Positions 1 through 9,656 of a stretch of DNA of 22,130 nucleotides are shown in pieces. The DNA lies in assembly GCA_043811375.1 (NCBI GenBank), contig JBDRNJ010000037.1, positions 1-22,130 of the forward strand, in the 5' to 3' direction. How positions within the stretch are numbered: the first letter of the stretch is position 1; the number at the start of each line of letters is the position of its first letter. Made by a program: the position numbers and the translations under genes. Below the pieces are notes generated by a model. It did not search any database. It saw only the letters and a list, made by a program, of their open reading frames with translations, and was not told where the DNA came from. This DNA comes from a bacterium. Its GTDB lineage: Bacteria; Zixibacteria; MSB-5A5; GN15; FEB-12.

Positions 1-783
1 GTAGAGGGCTACAGTGTCCGACAACTGGTTGCGCAAAGTGGGTACAGTAGGAGTACTATCAGACGCATTATCGGCTACTGGCTGGATCGGTCGCCTCGGA
101 GACAAGATGATCTTGGTCGTTTCAAGTATCTGGTCATTGACGGAACGTATCTCGTCAAGCGGCAAATCGTAGTGGTAGGCATTGCCGATCCCGTGGCGAA
201 GTATCTGGTTGCTGGCTCCTATGGCCTGAAGGAAGGTGAGGCGCGGATGCGTGACTACTGTTATCAATTGCGAAGCGCGGGACTGCTTCCCGTCAGCATT
301 ACCATTGACGGCCTCAAGCAGGTCCAGACAATGCTGAAAGCGGTCTGGCCAGAGGCACGCATTCAACGCTGTCTGGTCCACATACAACGGCAAGGACTGG
401 CTTGGTGTCGGCGCGATCCTCGCACCGCAGCGGTGAAACACCTACGCCGATTGTTTTGTCACATCACGAACGTGACTTCGGTGACTGAGCGGGACCGTTT
501 CCTCGAAGCTTGGGAGAACTGGGAGAGGCGCTTCGGCGGGCCAATTGCCTCCCGCCCCGGTCGCGGCAAGGTCTTCTCCGATGTCAAACGTGCTCGTTCT
601 CTGCTGCACTACGCCTTGCCATCGCTGTTTCACTATCTCAAGAATCCATTGATTCCATCCTCAACCAACTGGATCGAAGGCTACTTCAGTCGGCTCAAAG
701 CTCGCTACCGTCAGCACCGCGGACTCAGCCCCGAACATCGCGAGAGCTACTTTGCTTGGTACTTCCAACTATGCAGAAAGTAA
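1..783 (+). CDS. IS256-family (Mutator-like DDE) transposase, 5'-truncated by the window edge
   Basis: Frame 1 is open from base 1 (VEGYSVRQLVAQSGYSRSTIRRII..., HTH-like) and runs into the 172..783 ORF. Catalytic motifs: YLVIDGTY (D1), ITIDG (D2), IQRCLVHIQR (CxxH typical of IS256/Mutator), STNWIEGYFSRLK (E). Confidence 0.9.
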   Translation, partial: VEGYSVRQLVAQSGYSRSTIRRIIGYWLDRSPRRQDDLGRFKYLVIDGTYLVKRQIVVVGIADPVAKYLVAGSYGLKEGEARMRDYCYQLRSAGLLPVSITIDGLKQVQTMLKAVWPEARIQRCLVHIQRQGLAWCRRDPRTAAVKHLRRLFCHITNVTSVTERDRFLEAWENWERRFGGPIASRPGRGKVFSDVKRARSLLHYALPSLFHYLKNPLIPSSTNWIEGYFSRLKARYRQHRGLSPEHRESYFAWYFQLCRK

Positions 784-813
784 TAAATATCAACACAAAA
801 TGAATATTATGCC
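1..813 (+). mobile_element. Right part of an IS256-family insertion sequence, putative right terminal inverted repeat ~791-813
   Basis: The transposase stop at 781-783 is followed by CAACACAAAATGAATATTATGCC (reverse complement GGCATAATATTCATTTTGTGTTG), which resembles from memory the GGC-starting ends of IS1249-like IS256 members. The left IR and target duplication lie outside the window, so the exact end is unverified. Confidence 0.6.
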
Positions 814-1091
814 CATTTTGAGGACTTCATCGATTATCATGACAAGAAAAAACCACCTGAGTCCTCTAACTTACTGCCGGACAATGAGTACTGTCATATA
901 TCCGGCCCGTATCGAGAAATGACTGATTGCAGTCCGGCGGCAGATCGGCAGCCAAACGAGTGGGGGACTGCCATACGGCAGACTCTGACGACTTCCCGAT
1001 GGTCAGATCACGCCGACTCGTGGCGTGTCAGAAATAATGTCAAGCCCCAAGTGGAGGCTGTGACCTACCGGGCTGATAGTACCGGCACCAC

Positions 1092-1982
1092 TCAGTGCAA
1101 CTCGTCGATAACCTTCCTGATAGCACCGATATGTTCCGGTGTCGTTCCGCAGCAACCACCGATGATATTCACTCCTATTGTTATCAGTTCCCGACACTTC
1201 TCGGCCATATACTCCGGCGTTTCCGGGTAAATCAGGGTATCGCCCTCGATCTCGGGCAGTCCGGCATTGGCCTGAATGAGCAGCGGTAATTCAGTGTGGC
1301 GACGGAACTCGGCGGCCAGGCGCACCATGTGGGTGATACCGTAACCGCAGTTGGAACCGAGAATATCGGCTCCGGCCGTCGTGAGACCGGTCACGGCCTG
1401 CTCGACAGTGACGCCCATCACCGTGAAGAATCCATTCGGGGTGTCATCAAACGTCATAGTGGCGCTGACCGGTGTGCCCGGCGAGATCGCTTTGGCCGCT
1501 TTCACTGCCAGCGTGGCTTCGGTCAGGTCGGTCATTGTCTCCACGCAGATAAGATCCACACCCTCGGCAATCAGGACGGCAAGCTGCCGTTTGAAAGAAT
1601 CAGCCACATCTGCCGGGTCGGTGTCTCCGTACGGTTGCAGAATCCGCCCGCACGGCCCGCAGGATGCGCAGACATAAGTCCGGTTTCGCGACGCCTGCCG
1701 GGCAGCCTGCACGGCGGCGACGTTGATTTCTTCCATCCTTTCATGCAGAGAGTAATGGGCCAGCCTCAACGGCGACGCTCCAAAAGTGTTAGTCTGGATT
1801 ATGTCAGCGCCGGCGTCGATGTATGAAGCTGCGATCTGCTGCAACACCTGCGGTCGCTCTATGTTCACCGCTTCCGTGCATTCTCCGGGCGACAACCCGC
1901 TGGCCATGAGCATCGTACCCATAGCGCCGTCGGCCAGAAGTACATCGCCGTCTTTCAGACGATCAAGCAAAGGTCGCATCAC
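1092..1982 (-). CDS. Homocysteine S-methyltransferase family protein (stand-alone Hcy/Zn-binding module of a split cobalamin-dependent methionine synthase)
   Basis: LADGAMGTML, AGADIIQTNTFGA, ETMTD, Zn ligands GSNCG and IGGCCGTTPEHI, QANAGLP. Abuts the upstream corrinoid protein gene (its stop is at 1983-1985). Confidence 0.93.
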   Translation of the reverse strand: MMRPLLDRLKDGDVLLADGAMGTMLMASGLSPGECTEAVNIERPQVLQQIAASYIDAGADIIQTNTFGASPLRLAHYSLHERMEEINVAAVQAARQASRNRTYVCASCGPCGRILQPYGDTDPADVADSFKRQLAVLIAEGVDLICVETMTDLTEATLAVKAAKAISPGTPVSATMTFDDTPNGFFTVMGVTVEQAVTGLTTAGADILGSNCGYGITHMVRLAAEFRRHTELPLLIQANAGLPEIEGDTLIYPETPEYMAEKCRELITIGVNIIGGCCGTTPEHIGAIRKVIDELH

Positions 1983-2417
1983 TCACTCCAAACCGAGAAA
2001 ATCCTTCACACAGTCAACTGTTTTGACGGCATCATAGCAGTAGGCATCGGCGCCGATAGCTGCCGCGTACTCGGCCGACAGGGGAGCGCCACCCACTATG
2101 ATCCTGGTCGACGGCAACAGGCCCCGTTCGCGGGCAAGTTCAACTACCTTCTTCATCACCGGCATGGTCGTGGTCAGCAGGGCCGACAGGCCGATGACGG
2201 CAGCTTTTTCTTTCTGCGCCGTCTGTACGAATGTTTCCGGGGCTACATTATTGCCCAGGTCAATGATATCAAACCCGGCTCCCTTGAGCATGATGCCGAC
2301 CAGGTTCTTGCCGATGTCATGCATATCCCCCTGCACCGTGCCGATAACAACCTTACCCCGGGTGGGCAAATCGAATCCGTAGGTAGTCTGCTGTGGCGTA
2401 GGGCTTCTCTTTTTCAT
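1983..2417 (-). CDS. Cobalamin (B12)-binding corrinoid protein, Rossmann domain only
   Basis: GKVVIGTVQGDMHDIGKNLV (DxHxxG base-off/His-on motif), GLSALLTTTM, IIVGGAP. GGAGG at 2426-2430 lies 8 nt before ATG 2417, so I prefer this start to the track's GTG 2435. Confidence 0.92.
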   Translation of the reverse strand: MKKRSPTPQQTTYGFDLPTRGKVVIGTVQGDMHDIGKNLVGIMLKGAGFDIIDLGNNVAPETFVQTAQKEKAAVIGLSALLTTTMPVMKKVVELARERGLLPSTRIIVGGAPLSAEYAAAIGADAYCYDAVKTVDCVKDFLGLE

Positions 2418-2493
2418 CACACCGTCCTCCCTCACAGAGACCGTCTGTGTCGCATACTCCAGTCTGAGAATGTCCAGTTTGGTGGAGAGGGAG

Positions 2494-4971
2494 TCATTTC
2501 TTGAACGCTTGTAGGTACTCTGATATCGATTTGATCTGCCGACTTAACTGATCACATTCAAGACAATTCAGAATATCTTTTTCCGTCATCTCCTTTATCA
2601 GGTCACGCTGTTTATCGATTTCCTGGATGACGCCGACCAACTCTCTCCGGCGCTTAGCTTGTTCAAACGCATTTGGGGGGATAAGTATCCCCACCTTTTC
2701 TTCCATCTCTTTCGCAACCCGTATCCTTCTTTGTTTAAGGTTCGCCAGCTTCTTTTCCAACAAGCTTCGATAGGCAACGTGCTGCTCCTCAGATATCTCA
2801 GGAATGGCAGCAAGTTTGCGGACTACGACAGTATAATACATGAAGTCCTCTACCATAAAGGAGTGTCGGATCGGAATCACATCAGTATCATCACGTCTGA
2901 CCTTGATAGCCGGTTTAAATAATCCCAGCAAGTCTTTAGTCTCGTGCAATTCCCATGTGATGATCTTGACCTCGTTGGAGTGATAGTCAATCGAATCGAC
3001 TATGACCAGGTCACCGTCCTTAATAAGACAGTTAATGGCATTTCGTAACGAGGAAAGCATGTGTTCCAAGGGCAACTCATGCATTACCAACGTGGCGGTT
3101 GCAAAATTGTAAGAGTCATATTCGTTGAAGTCTGCCAGGCTAGACTTGACAAACGAATCTTCCCCATTGTCCGGCCGCCATTTTCTAATAAGGCGCTGGA
3201 ATTGTTCATGCTGACCAGAGTCACGGGGGTCCAAGCCTTTGACCACACTTAGCTTCGCTCTTAAGTCATCGGGCAATTCAGCGATTACCTCGAGGTTTCT
3301 GCCGGTACCACATCCGATGTCGAGCCAACGCACGCTGCTCTTTGATATTAACACCTCCTTTAGGTAGGTCGAGTTGATTCTATGGGTGAATCTGAAAAGA
3401 GGATACTGAGATTCACGCAGTGCAAACAGCACCTGGAATCGTGTATCCATCTGGAAGACGTCAACAGATGCCGCTGTCAGGTGAAAGGCCAGAGCCCATC
3501 TCTTGTAGTCAGTCAAACGACGTTGGTTCAGTCCACAGTTCCTGAGGATTTCAGATATGCACATGACAGCCCATGAGGTTTTGTCTATCTGAGGCGTGGG
3601 GAGGGGAACATGGCGATAGTGACGAAAGTCCTGAATGTTCTTGGGAATATGATCGTACTTGAGCATATCTTTATAGAACCACGAAAAACTCTGTAAGTCA
3701 TGACGTCCCGGTTCAGCAAGGAGTTGGTATCTCGCAAGACCAAATACTACACAAGGATCTGACAAGTCAGACGCGGCTCTGTAGACCTCCTGTTTAGAGG
3801 GAGGCTCTTTACTCTCAGCAAACACGGTTGAAGTTATCAGTTTTGCCAAATACACTCGTGGGCGGTCAATCAAGGTTTCGCGATCAATGAAGCCCGGAAG
3901 AGCTTCAAAGGCATTATAGATAAAACTGAGGATGAAGAAGTTTGCACAGGCGTGCTCTGTGTTCCAGATGCCGATGGAGTTCCGGGAAATCCACAGCGCC
4001 TCTGCTATCTTTTCTACAGCGTCCATTATTCTGATCTGGTTTCTTGGCAGCTTACCCGAACGCTCGCGCTGGCCGTCTTCCAAAGACTTGAGCCTATTGT
4101 ATACTAACTGTCTTGCCAACACCTGCAGACAATCCGCCGTAGCCCAGGCGTCAAACCTGAAACCGAGCCTCGTCAATCCTCGCTCCCCGACTAAGCCATC
4201 GAACTCCGCGCCCATGAAGGAACGTCCCAAATGAATGATTCTGGGAATCTTGCCAGTCCTTTGGGATTCGTCATCCTTTGTCAGCGAATAGTCTTTGGGG
4301 AGCTGCATTTCCAGCAGAGTGCGTCTCAGATCGCGGTACAGATAATCCGGAATGTTCGAGAAGCCACCCCTGAACAGAATGGCCTTGTCTCCGGTCGTCG
4401 CATTAGTGATTAACTCATCATCGGCTGTAATGGAGCCAATAATCCAATTTACTCCTCGATTGATAATGTCGTCTAGAACAGCGATGGTCGATTCGATTTC
4501 TGTTATGCCGTCTTTTTGTAGGAAGCACGGCAAGCGTTCTTCGGACAGCCTCTCACGGTATTCCATAAGGGCGTTCAATACCGCGCAGGTAGAACGAGCG
4601 ATTTCCAGCGGCTCATTGTCACCAGACCACCAGTGTAGGGAGTCGGTTATCTCCTCATCCTCAACTCCCAGGTCAATCAACCACATGACGGTTTCCTTCA
4701 TAATCAAACGAAGACTATGAACATCGGACTTTTTACAGTTTTCCCCATAGAGGCGATCCTCCAGAACATACGGATAAGCCGCACATAGTGCCTGCAGAGC
4801 CCTCGCAGAACTGAAAATCGTCTTGGCATCCAGCGGACTACCTCCCCAATGACATTCGAAAAATCGCCGATCACTTTTCCGCACCAGCAGCAGCCAGGAC
4901 ACCATACGAGTTAGCATGGTTTCAAAGTCCCCTTGATATTCCCTATCCATCGTCGGAGGTGTCTGTTTCAT
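2494..4971 (-). CDS. ~825-aa protein: N-terminal prenyltransferase/terpene-cyclase-like alpha/alpha-toroid repeats, class I SAM-dependent methyltransferase, C-terminal helical/coiled-coil tail
   Basis: MTase motif I WLDIGCGTGRNL, then ATLVMHEL and LIKDGDLVIVD. N-terminal repeats: RMVSWLL...HWGG...SSARALQAL, ETVMWLI...HWWSG...STCAVLNAL, RGVNWII, DAWATADCLQVL, ALWISRNSIGIW, DKTSWAVMCI. Start ATG 4971 follows GGGGGAGAATAGA (the track starts at 5061). The MTase call is firm and the toroid call is pattern-based. Confidence 0.75.
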   Translation of the reverse strand: MKQTPPTMDREYQGDFETMLTRMVSWLLLVRKSDRRFFECHWGGSPLDAKTIFSSARALQALCAAYPYVLEDRLYGENCKKSDVHSLRLIMKETVMWLIDLGVEDEEITDSLHWWSGDNEPLEIARSTCAVLNALMEYRERLSEERLPCFLQKDGITEIESTIAVLDDIINRGVNWIIGSITADDELITNATTGDKAILFRGGFSNIPDYLYRDLRRTLLEMQLPKDYSLTKDDESQRTGKIPRIIHLGRSFMGAEFDGLVGERGLTRLGFRFDAWATADCLQVLARQLVYNRLKSLEDGQRERSGKLPRNQIRIMDAVEKIAEALWISRNSIGIWNTEHACANFFILSFIYNAFEALPGFIDRETLIDRPRVYLAKLITSTVFAESKEPPSKQEVYRAASDLSDPCVVFGLARYQLLAEPGRHDLQSFSWFYKDMLKYDHIPKNIQDFRHYRHVPLPTPQIDKTSWAVMCISEILRNCGLNQRRLTDYKRWALAFHLTAASVDVFQMDTRFQVLFALRESQYPLFRFTHRINSTYLKEVLISKSSVRWLDIGCGTGRNLEVIAELPDDLRAKLSVVKGLDPRDSGQHEQFQRLIRKWRPDNGEDSFVKSSLADFNEYDSYNFATATLVMHELPLEHMLSSLRNAINCLIKDGDLVIVDSIDYHSNEVKIITWELHETKDLLGLFKPAIKVRRDDTDVIPIRHSFMVEDFMYYTVVVRKLAAIPEISEEQHVAYRSLLEKKLANLKQRRIRVAKEMEEKVGILIPPNAFEQAKRRRELVGVIQEIDKQRDLIKEMTEKDILNCLECDQLSRQIKSISEYLQAFKK

Positions 4972-5072
4972 TCTATTCTCCCCCAAAAGCTCAAACGGTT
5001 TTCGCATAACATGATATAGCACCCACCTCTGATTACATGTGGTCGGTTTGCACCATAACACAACTTTAGTTT

Positions 5073-5101
5073 AAAATACGCGCGGCTTTGAAGAAAGTCA
5101 A
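5073..5101 (-). promoter_or_regulatory. Putative sigma70 promoter for the toroid-methyltransferase gene
   Basis: Minus strand TTGACT (5101-5096), 17 nt, TATTTT (5078-5073), about 100 nt upstream of ATG 4971. Confidence 0.45.
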
Positions 5102-5207
5102 GTGCACCCGGTGCCAAAATCGCTTGCCAAGCCCCGCCATCGTAATTAGTTTGTGATTTATGTATGTCCTCAAGAGATTTCAGTTTAAAACCCCGGGGAT
5201 TAAAAAT

Positions 5208-8200
5208 ATGATAAAAAAAAGGTTCTCTCTGTCGAATCTGATACGCCATCATCGGCGGTCTGCTATAGTGTTGACATTTGCGGTGCTGTTAATCATGTCA
5301 ACTTCCATCTCCGCACAGACTACTCCGGCGATGGGTATCCGTTCCAAGACTCCTGACGCCAGAGCATTTACCAACGCCCGCATTGTCATCTCGCCGGACC
5401 TGGTATACGACAACGCCACCTTGGTAATCAAAAATGGCAAAGTGCTCGACGTCGGCGACAGGATTACCATTCCTGATGACATCATTACAATTGATCTTCA
5501 GGGAAAAACGATCTATCCCGGATTCATCGATCCTTTCACCGAATACGGAGTGAAAAAAACAGACCCGCCAAAGCGGAGGCACGGACGGGCGCCGCAATAC
5601 GAAGGTACTCGGGTCGGCGCCAACGCCTGGAATAACGCCATTCACGCCGAAAAGAACTGGGCGGAATCGTTTAAGCCCGACGAGAAGGAATCCAAGAAGC
5701 TGATGGAACTCGGATTCGCGGCGGTCCATACCGCAGGTCAGGACGGCATCTATCGCGGTCGGTCCTGCGTGGTGCTGCTGGGAGAGGGTTTGCCCAACGA
5801 TCTGCTGATCCGACCCTATGGCTACCACGTCGCTTCCTTCGATAAAGGGACCTCGACGCAGGATTATCCCGATTCGTGGATGGGTGCTATCGCACTAATT
5901 CGTCAGACGCTATACGATGTCGACTGGTATCAGAAGGCACATCGAGCCTGTCAGCTCGATCCCGGACAGAAGATGCCGGAGTTTAATGTCGCCATCGAAG
6001 CCCTGGTCGGCCTGAAAGACGAACGGCTGCTTTTCGACGGCGGCACGAGGGAACTATCTCTTTATCGAACCGTTGCCATCGCCCGCGAGTTTGACCTTTC
6101 GCTGGTGCACGTAGCCAACGGCTATGAGTATACGCATGTTGACGATGTCAAACAAACCGGCGTTACCCTCATCCTGCCGCTGGTTTACCCGGAGAAACCT
6201 TCCCTGAAGGTGCTGGAAGATGATTTCAATATCACTCTGGGACAACTGCGACACTGGGAAACGGCACCGTCCAATGCAGCGCGTCTCGAACATGCCGGCG
6301 TTACCTTTGCTCTCACCACCCATCGGCTGAAGAATAAGGCTGATTTCTTTAAGAACCTGCGTACCGCCATCAAGCGGGGCCTCTCGGAAAAAACCGCCCT
6401 GTCGGCACTGACTACGGTGGCGGCTGAGGTTTGTGGCGTCTCCGATATGCTGGGCACGTTAGAGATTGGGAAGCTGGCCAATTTCTTCATCTGTGACGGA
6501 GATATTTTCGAAGACGATGTTGAAATCTATTCCGTCTGGGCAGCCGGCAACCAGCACCAATTGAAACCACTGCCGGTGACTGAATTTCACGGTGAGTATG
6601 AACTGTCCGTCAACGAGTTGTCGATGACGCTGACTCTTATAGAAAAGCCGGACGCTCTTAAAGGTGAGATCAAACACGACGACTTCAGCAGGAAGCTGAA
6701 GAATCTCGAAAGCGACCGCAATCGAATCGCTTTTGCAACTGCTTTCGACAGCAGTAAAACGGCTGGTCTGGCCCGTTTTTCCGGCCGCAAAGCAGGTGAC
6801 ACCATTTCGGGGCGTTGCCAGTTGGCTGACGGGCGTACCGTCGACTGGCAAGCAGTGAGAACAGGACCGGTGCCGTCGAAAGAGGATTCCACTGAGGAGT
6901 CTTCACAGGAGCCGGATTCCCTGATCGCCCGACTGACCTATCCCAACCGGGCTTTTGGCCGCGAAAGTCCTCCGGCCAAACAGGACGTGCTGATTAAAAA
7001 CGCCACCGTCTGGACGGTCGAAGAGGTCGGTATACGGGAGAATTGTGATATCCTGGTGAAGGATGGTAAATTCGAAAAGATCGAACCTGATCTGATCGCT
7101 CCCACCGGAATCAGCGTTATCGACGCCGGCGGCAAGCATATTACGCCGGGTATAATCGACGCTCATTCGCATCTCGCCATCTCGGGTGATGTCAACGAAG
7201 GCACTCTGGCCCTGACACCGGAGGTACGCATCGGTGACGTAGTCAATCCTCTGGATATCAACATCTACCGCCAACTGGCCGGTGGTGTCACCACCTGCCT
7301 GACGCTGCATGGCTCAGCCAACCCGATTGGCGGGCAATGCCAGACACTCAAGCTGCGCTGGGGAACCGATGCCGAGGAGTTGAAATTCAAGGATGCAGCG
7401 CCCACGATCAAGTTCGCCCTGGGCGAAAACGTCAAGCAATGCAACTGGGGTGATCAGTTCCGTACTCGCTATCCGCAATCCCGCATGGGTGTCAAGACCA
7501 TTATTAAAGATGAATTCAAGACCGCTCGCGAGTATGAGGCTGCCTGGAAGAAATACAATGCCTTAAACAAAAAACAAAAAGAAAAAACGGTTCCTCCGCG
7601 AAAAGACCTGGGGCTCGACGCCATTCTCGAAGTGCTTAACTCTCAATGTCTGTTGCACTGCCACGCATACATGCAGGCCGAGATGCTGATGATGATACGC
7701 CTGGCGGAGGAGTTTGGCTTCACGCTGGACTGCTTTGTTCACGGTCTGGAGGCATACAAAATAGCCGACGAGCTGGCTCGTCACGGCGCGACCGTCACCT
7801 CTTTCTCCGACTGGTGGGCCTACAAGTTTGAGGTCTACGACGCCATTCCGTACAACGTCAATCTTTTGGCTGAGCGCGGCGTGGTGACGTCCGTCAATTC
7901 CGACGATGCCGATCTGGCCCGGCGGCTCAACCAGGAAGCGGCCAAGTCGGTCATGTACGGCGGCATGACACAACAGGAAGCTATCAAGCTGGTGACGATC
8001 AACTCAGCCATACAATTGGGAGTGGAAGACAGAGTCGGCAGCATCACCGTCGGCAAAGACGCCGACTTTGTAATCTGGAGCGATAATCCCCTGTCCATCT
8101 ATGCCGTAGCGGAGCAAACCTGGATTGATGGCTGCAAGTATTTCGACCTTCAGGAGGATAGCATCATGCGGCAAGCTGTTCAACAGGAAAGAAACGCTCT

Positions 8201-8324
8201 GATCCAGAAGGCGCTGGGCGGCCAAGACGAGACGTCAGAGAAGAAGAATGGTGACCGCAAAAAACCGAAACCCGACCCGGACGATCCCGGCTTTGGCGAT
8301 GGTGTTTTGGGGAGGAACAAATAA
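5208..8324 (+). CDS. Exported double-domain amidohydrolase family protein (imidazolonepropionase-like superfamily)
   Basis: Signal peptide (RRSAIVLTFAVLLIMSTSISA/Q). Domain 1: IDLQGKTIYPGFIDPFT...GTLEIGKLANF. Domain 2: IDAGGKHITPGIIDAHSH, TIKFALGEN, HCH, VHG, NSDD, GSITVGKDADFVIW. Start ATG 5208 after GGGGA is preferred; the track starts at 5160. Confidence 0.9.
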   Translation: MIKKRFSLSNLIRHHRRSAIVLTFAVLLIMSTSISAQTTPAMGIRSKTPDARAFTNARIVISPDLVYDNATLVIKNGKVLDVGDRITIPDDIITIDLQGKTIYPGFIDPFTEYGVKKTDPPKRRHGRAPQYEGTRVGANAWNNAIHAEKNWAESFKPDEKESKKLMELGFAAVHTAGQDGIYRGRSCVVLLGEGLPNDLLIRPYGYHVASFDKGTSTQDYPDSWMGAIALIRQTLYDVDWYQKAHRACQLDPGQKMPEFNVAIEALVGLKDERLLFDGGTRELSLYRTVAIAREFDLSLVHVANGYEYTHVDDVKQTGVTLILPLVYPEKPSLKVLEDDFNITLGQLRHWETAPSNAARLEHAGVTFALTTHRLKNKADFFKNLRTAIKRGLSEKTALSALTTVAAEVCGVSDMLGTLEIGKLANFFICDGDIFEDDVEIYSVWAAGNQHQLKPLPVTEFHGEYELSVNELSMTLTLIEKPDALKGEIKHDDFSRKLKNLESDRNRIAFATAFDSSKTAGLARFSGRKAGDTISGRCQLADGRTVDWQAVRTGPVPSKEDSTEESSQEPDSLIARLTYPNRAFGRESPPAKQDVLIKNATVWTVEEVGIRENCDILVKDGKFEKIEPDLIAPTGISVIDAGGKHITPGIIDAHSHLAISGDVNEGTLALTPEVRIGDVVNPLDINIYRQLAGGVTTCLTLHGSANPIGGQCQTLKLRWGTDAEELKFKDAAPTIKFALGENVKQCNWGDQFRTRYPQSRMGVKTIIKDEFKTAREYEAAWKKYNALNKKQKEKTVPPRKDLGLDAILEVLNSQCLLHCHAYMQAEMLMMIRLAEEFGFTLDCFVHGLEAYKIADELARHGATVTSFSDWWAYKFEVYDAIPYNVNLLAERGVVTSVNSDDADLARRLNQEAAKSVMYGGMTQQEAIKLVTINSAIQLGVEDRVGSITVGKDADFVIWSDNPLSIYAVAEQTWIDGCKYFDLQEDSIMRQAVQQERNALIQKALGGQDETSEKKNGDRKKPKPDPDDPGFGDGVLGRNK

Positions 8325-9631
8325 TGAGATATTTCCTCATATTCACAGCAGTGCTTCTGTCCGCCGTCGCGGTGGCCCATGATTACGTTCCCGGCGAGAA
8401 ACAACAGAACCCGGTTATACTCCGGGGCGGAGATTTGTACACGATCAGCGACGGTGTCAAACAGCAAACTGATCTTTTATTTGAAAAAGGTCGCATAACT
8501 CAGATCGGTCGCGATTTGACTCCCCCGAAAGACGCGCAGGTGATTGACGTCACCGGCAAGCATGTCTACCCGGGTCTTATTGCGGCACAGACATCCATTG
8601 GGTTGATCGAAATTGGTGAGGTGCGGGCGACGAATGATCGCAGTGAGATCGGCCTGGTGAATCCTGACGTTCAAACGCACGTGGCCTATAATCCTGACTC
8701 TGAGATCATTCCATCGGTTCGGGCTAACGGCATCACCACCGCTCTGATTGTGCCCGGCGGTCGGCTGATAACCGGACGATCCAGCCTTATCAACCTCGAT
8801 GGCTGGACGGTCGAAGACGCCGCCGAGAAGCTGAACGTAGGGCTGCACCTAGTCTGGCCTCGAACCAGAGTCATTACTGCCTGGTGGATGGAACAGTCAG
8901 CCGAAGAGCAGAAGAAGGAGATGACCGAAAACCGCCGGCGATTGCACCAGGTTTTCGACGACGCCCTCACCTACTATCTGGCCCGGCAGGCTGACCCCAC
9001 GCTGGAAACAGACTCGCGATGGGAGGCGATGGTGCCTGTCCTGGCAGGTGACATGCCGGTATTCGTGACGGCCAACGACTATCAGCAGGTAGAACAGGCG
9101 GTCAGTTTTACACATGAAAAGGGCTTGCGGATGATCCTGGTCGGCGGCACCGATGCCTGGATGCTTACTGATCTGCTCAAGGAGCACAATATCCCCGTTA
9201 TTCTGAAACGGACCCAATCGTTGCCGGCACATTCCGACGACGGTTATGACCTGTCCTACCGGGCGCCGGCCCTGCTGGCTGAGGCCGGTGTGAAGTTCTG
9301 CTTGTCCAGCGCCGGCGCTAACGGAGCCTCGGCTACCGGTGCGCGTAATCTGCCGCTGCAGGCCGGACAGGCGGTGGCTTTTGGACTTCCTCATCAGGAG
9401 GCACTACGAGCCATTACCCTCTCAACAGCCGAGATATTGGGAGTGGCCGCCGATCTCGGTTCACTGGAAGTGGGCAAAAAAGCCACCCTGATTGTTGCCG
9501 AAGGCGACATTCTCGATCCGTTGACCCACCGGGTAGTGCTGGAATTCATCGAGGGACGCCAGGTCGACCTGGACAACAGACACCGGGAACTGTATCGGAA
9601 GTATCAGCAGAAGAGGCTTTCCACCCGGTAA
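8324..9631 (+). CDS. Exported amidohydrolase-fold protein lacking the HxH metal motif
   Basis: Signal peptide MRYFLIFTAVLLSAVAVA/H; IDVTGKHVYPGLIAAQT; RANGITT; GSLEVGKKATL. Overlaps the upstream gene by TAATG, suggesting translational coupling. Confidence 0.9.
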   Translation: MRYFLIFTAVLLSAVAVAHDYVPGEKQQNPVILRGGDLYTISDGVKQQTDLLFEKGRITQIGRDLTPPKDAQVIDVTGKHVYPGLIAAQTSIGLIEIGEVRATNDRSEIGLVNPDVQTHVAYNPDSEIIPSVRANGITTALIVPGGRLITGRSSLINLDGWTVEDAAEKLNVGLHLVWPRTRVITAWWMEQSAEEQKKEMTENRRRLHQVFDDALTYYLARQADPTLETDSRWEAMVPVLAGDMPVFVTANDYQQVEQAVSFTHEKGLRMILVGGTDAWMLTDLLKEHNIPVILKRTQSLPAHSDDGYDLSYRAPALLAEAGVKFCLSSAGANGASATGARNLPLQAGQAVAFGLPHQEALRAITLSTAEILGVAADLGSLEVGKKATLIVAEGDILDPLTHRVVLEFIEGRQVDLDNRHRELYRKYQQKRLSTR

Positions 9632-9656
9632 CGAAGCGGATGGGGAGATAAACAGT

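Noticed and set aside
1017..1043. Minus-strand TTGACA at 1043-1038 as a promoter
   Set aside because: No acceptable -10 hexamer at 16-18 nt spacing.
919..1230. 103-aa plus-strand ORF and the other short ORFs overlapping the main genes
   Set aside because: They are antisense or alternate-frame shadows of well-supported genes in GC-rich DNA, with no recognisable motifs or RBS.
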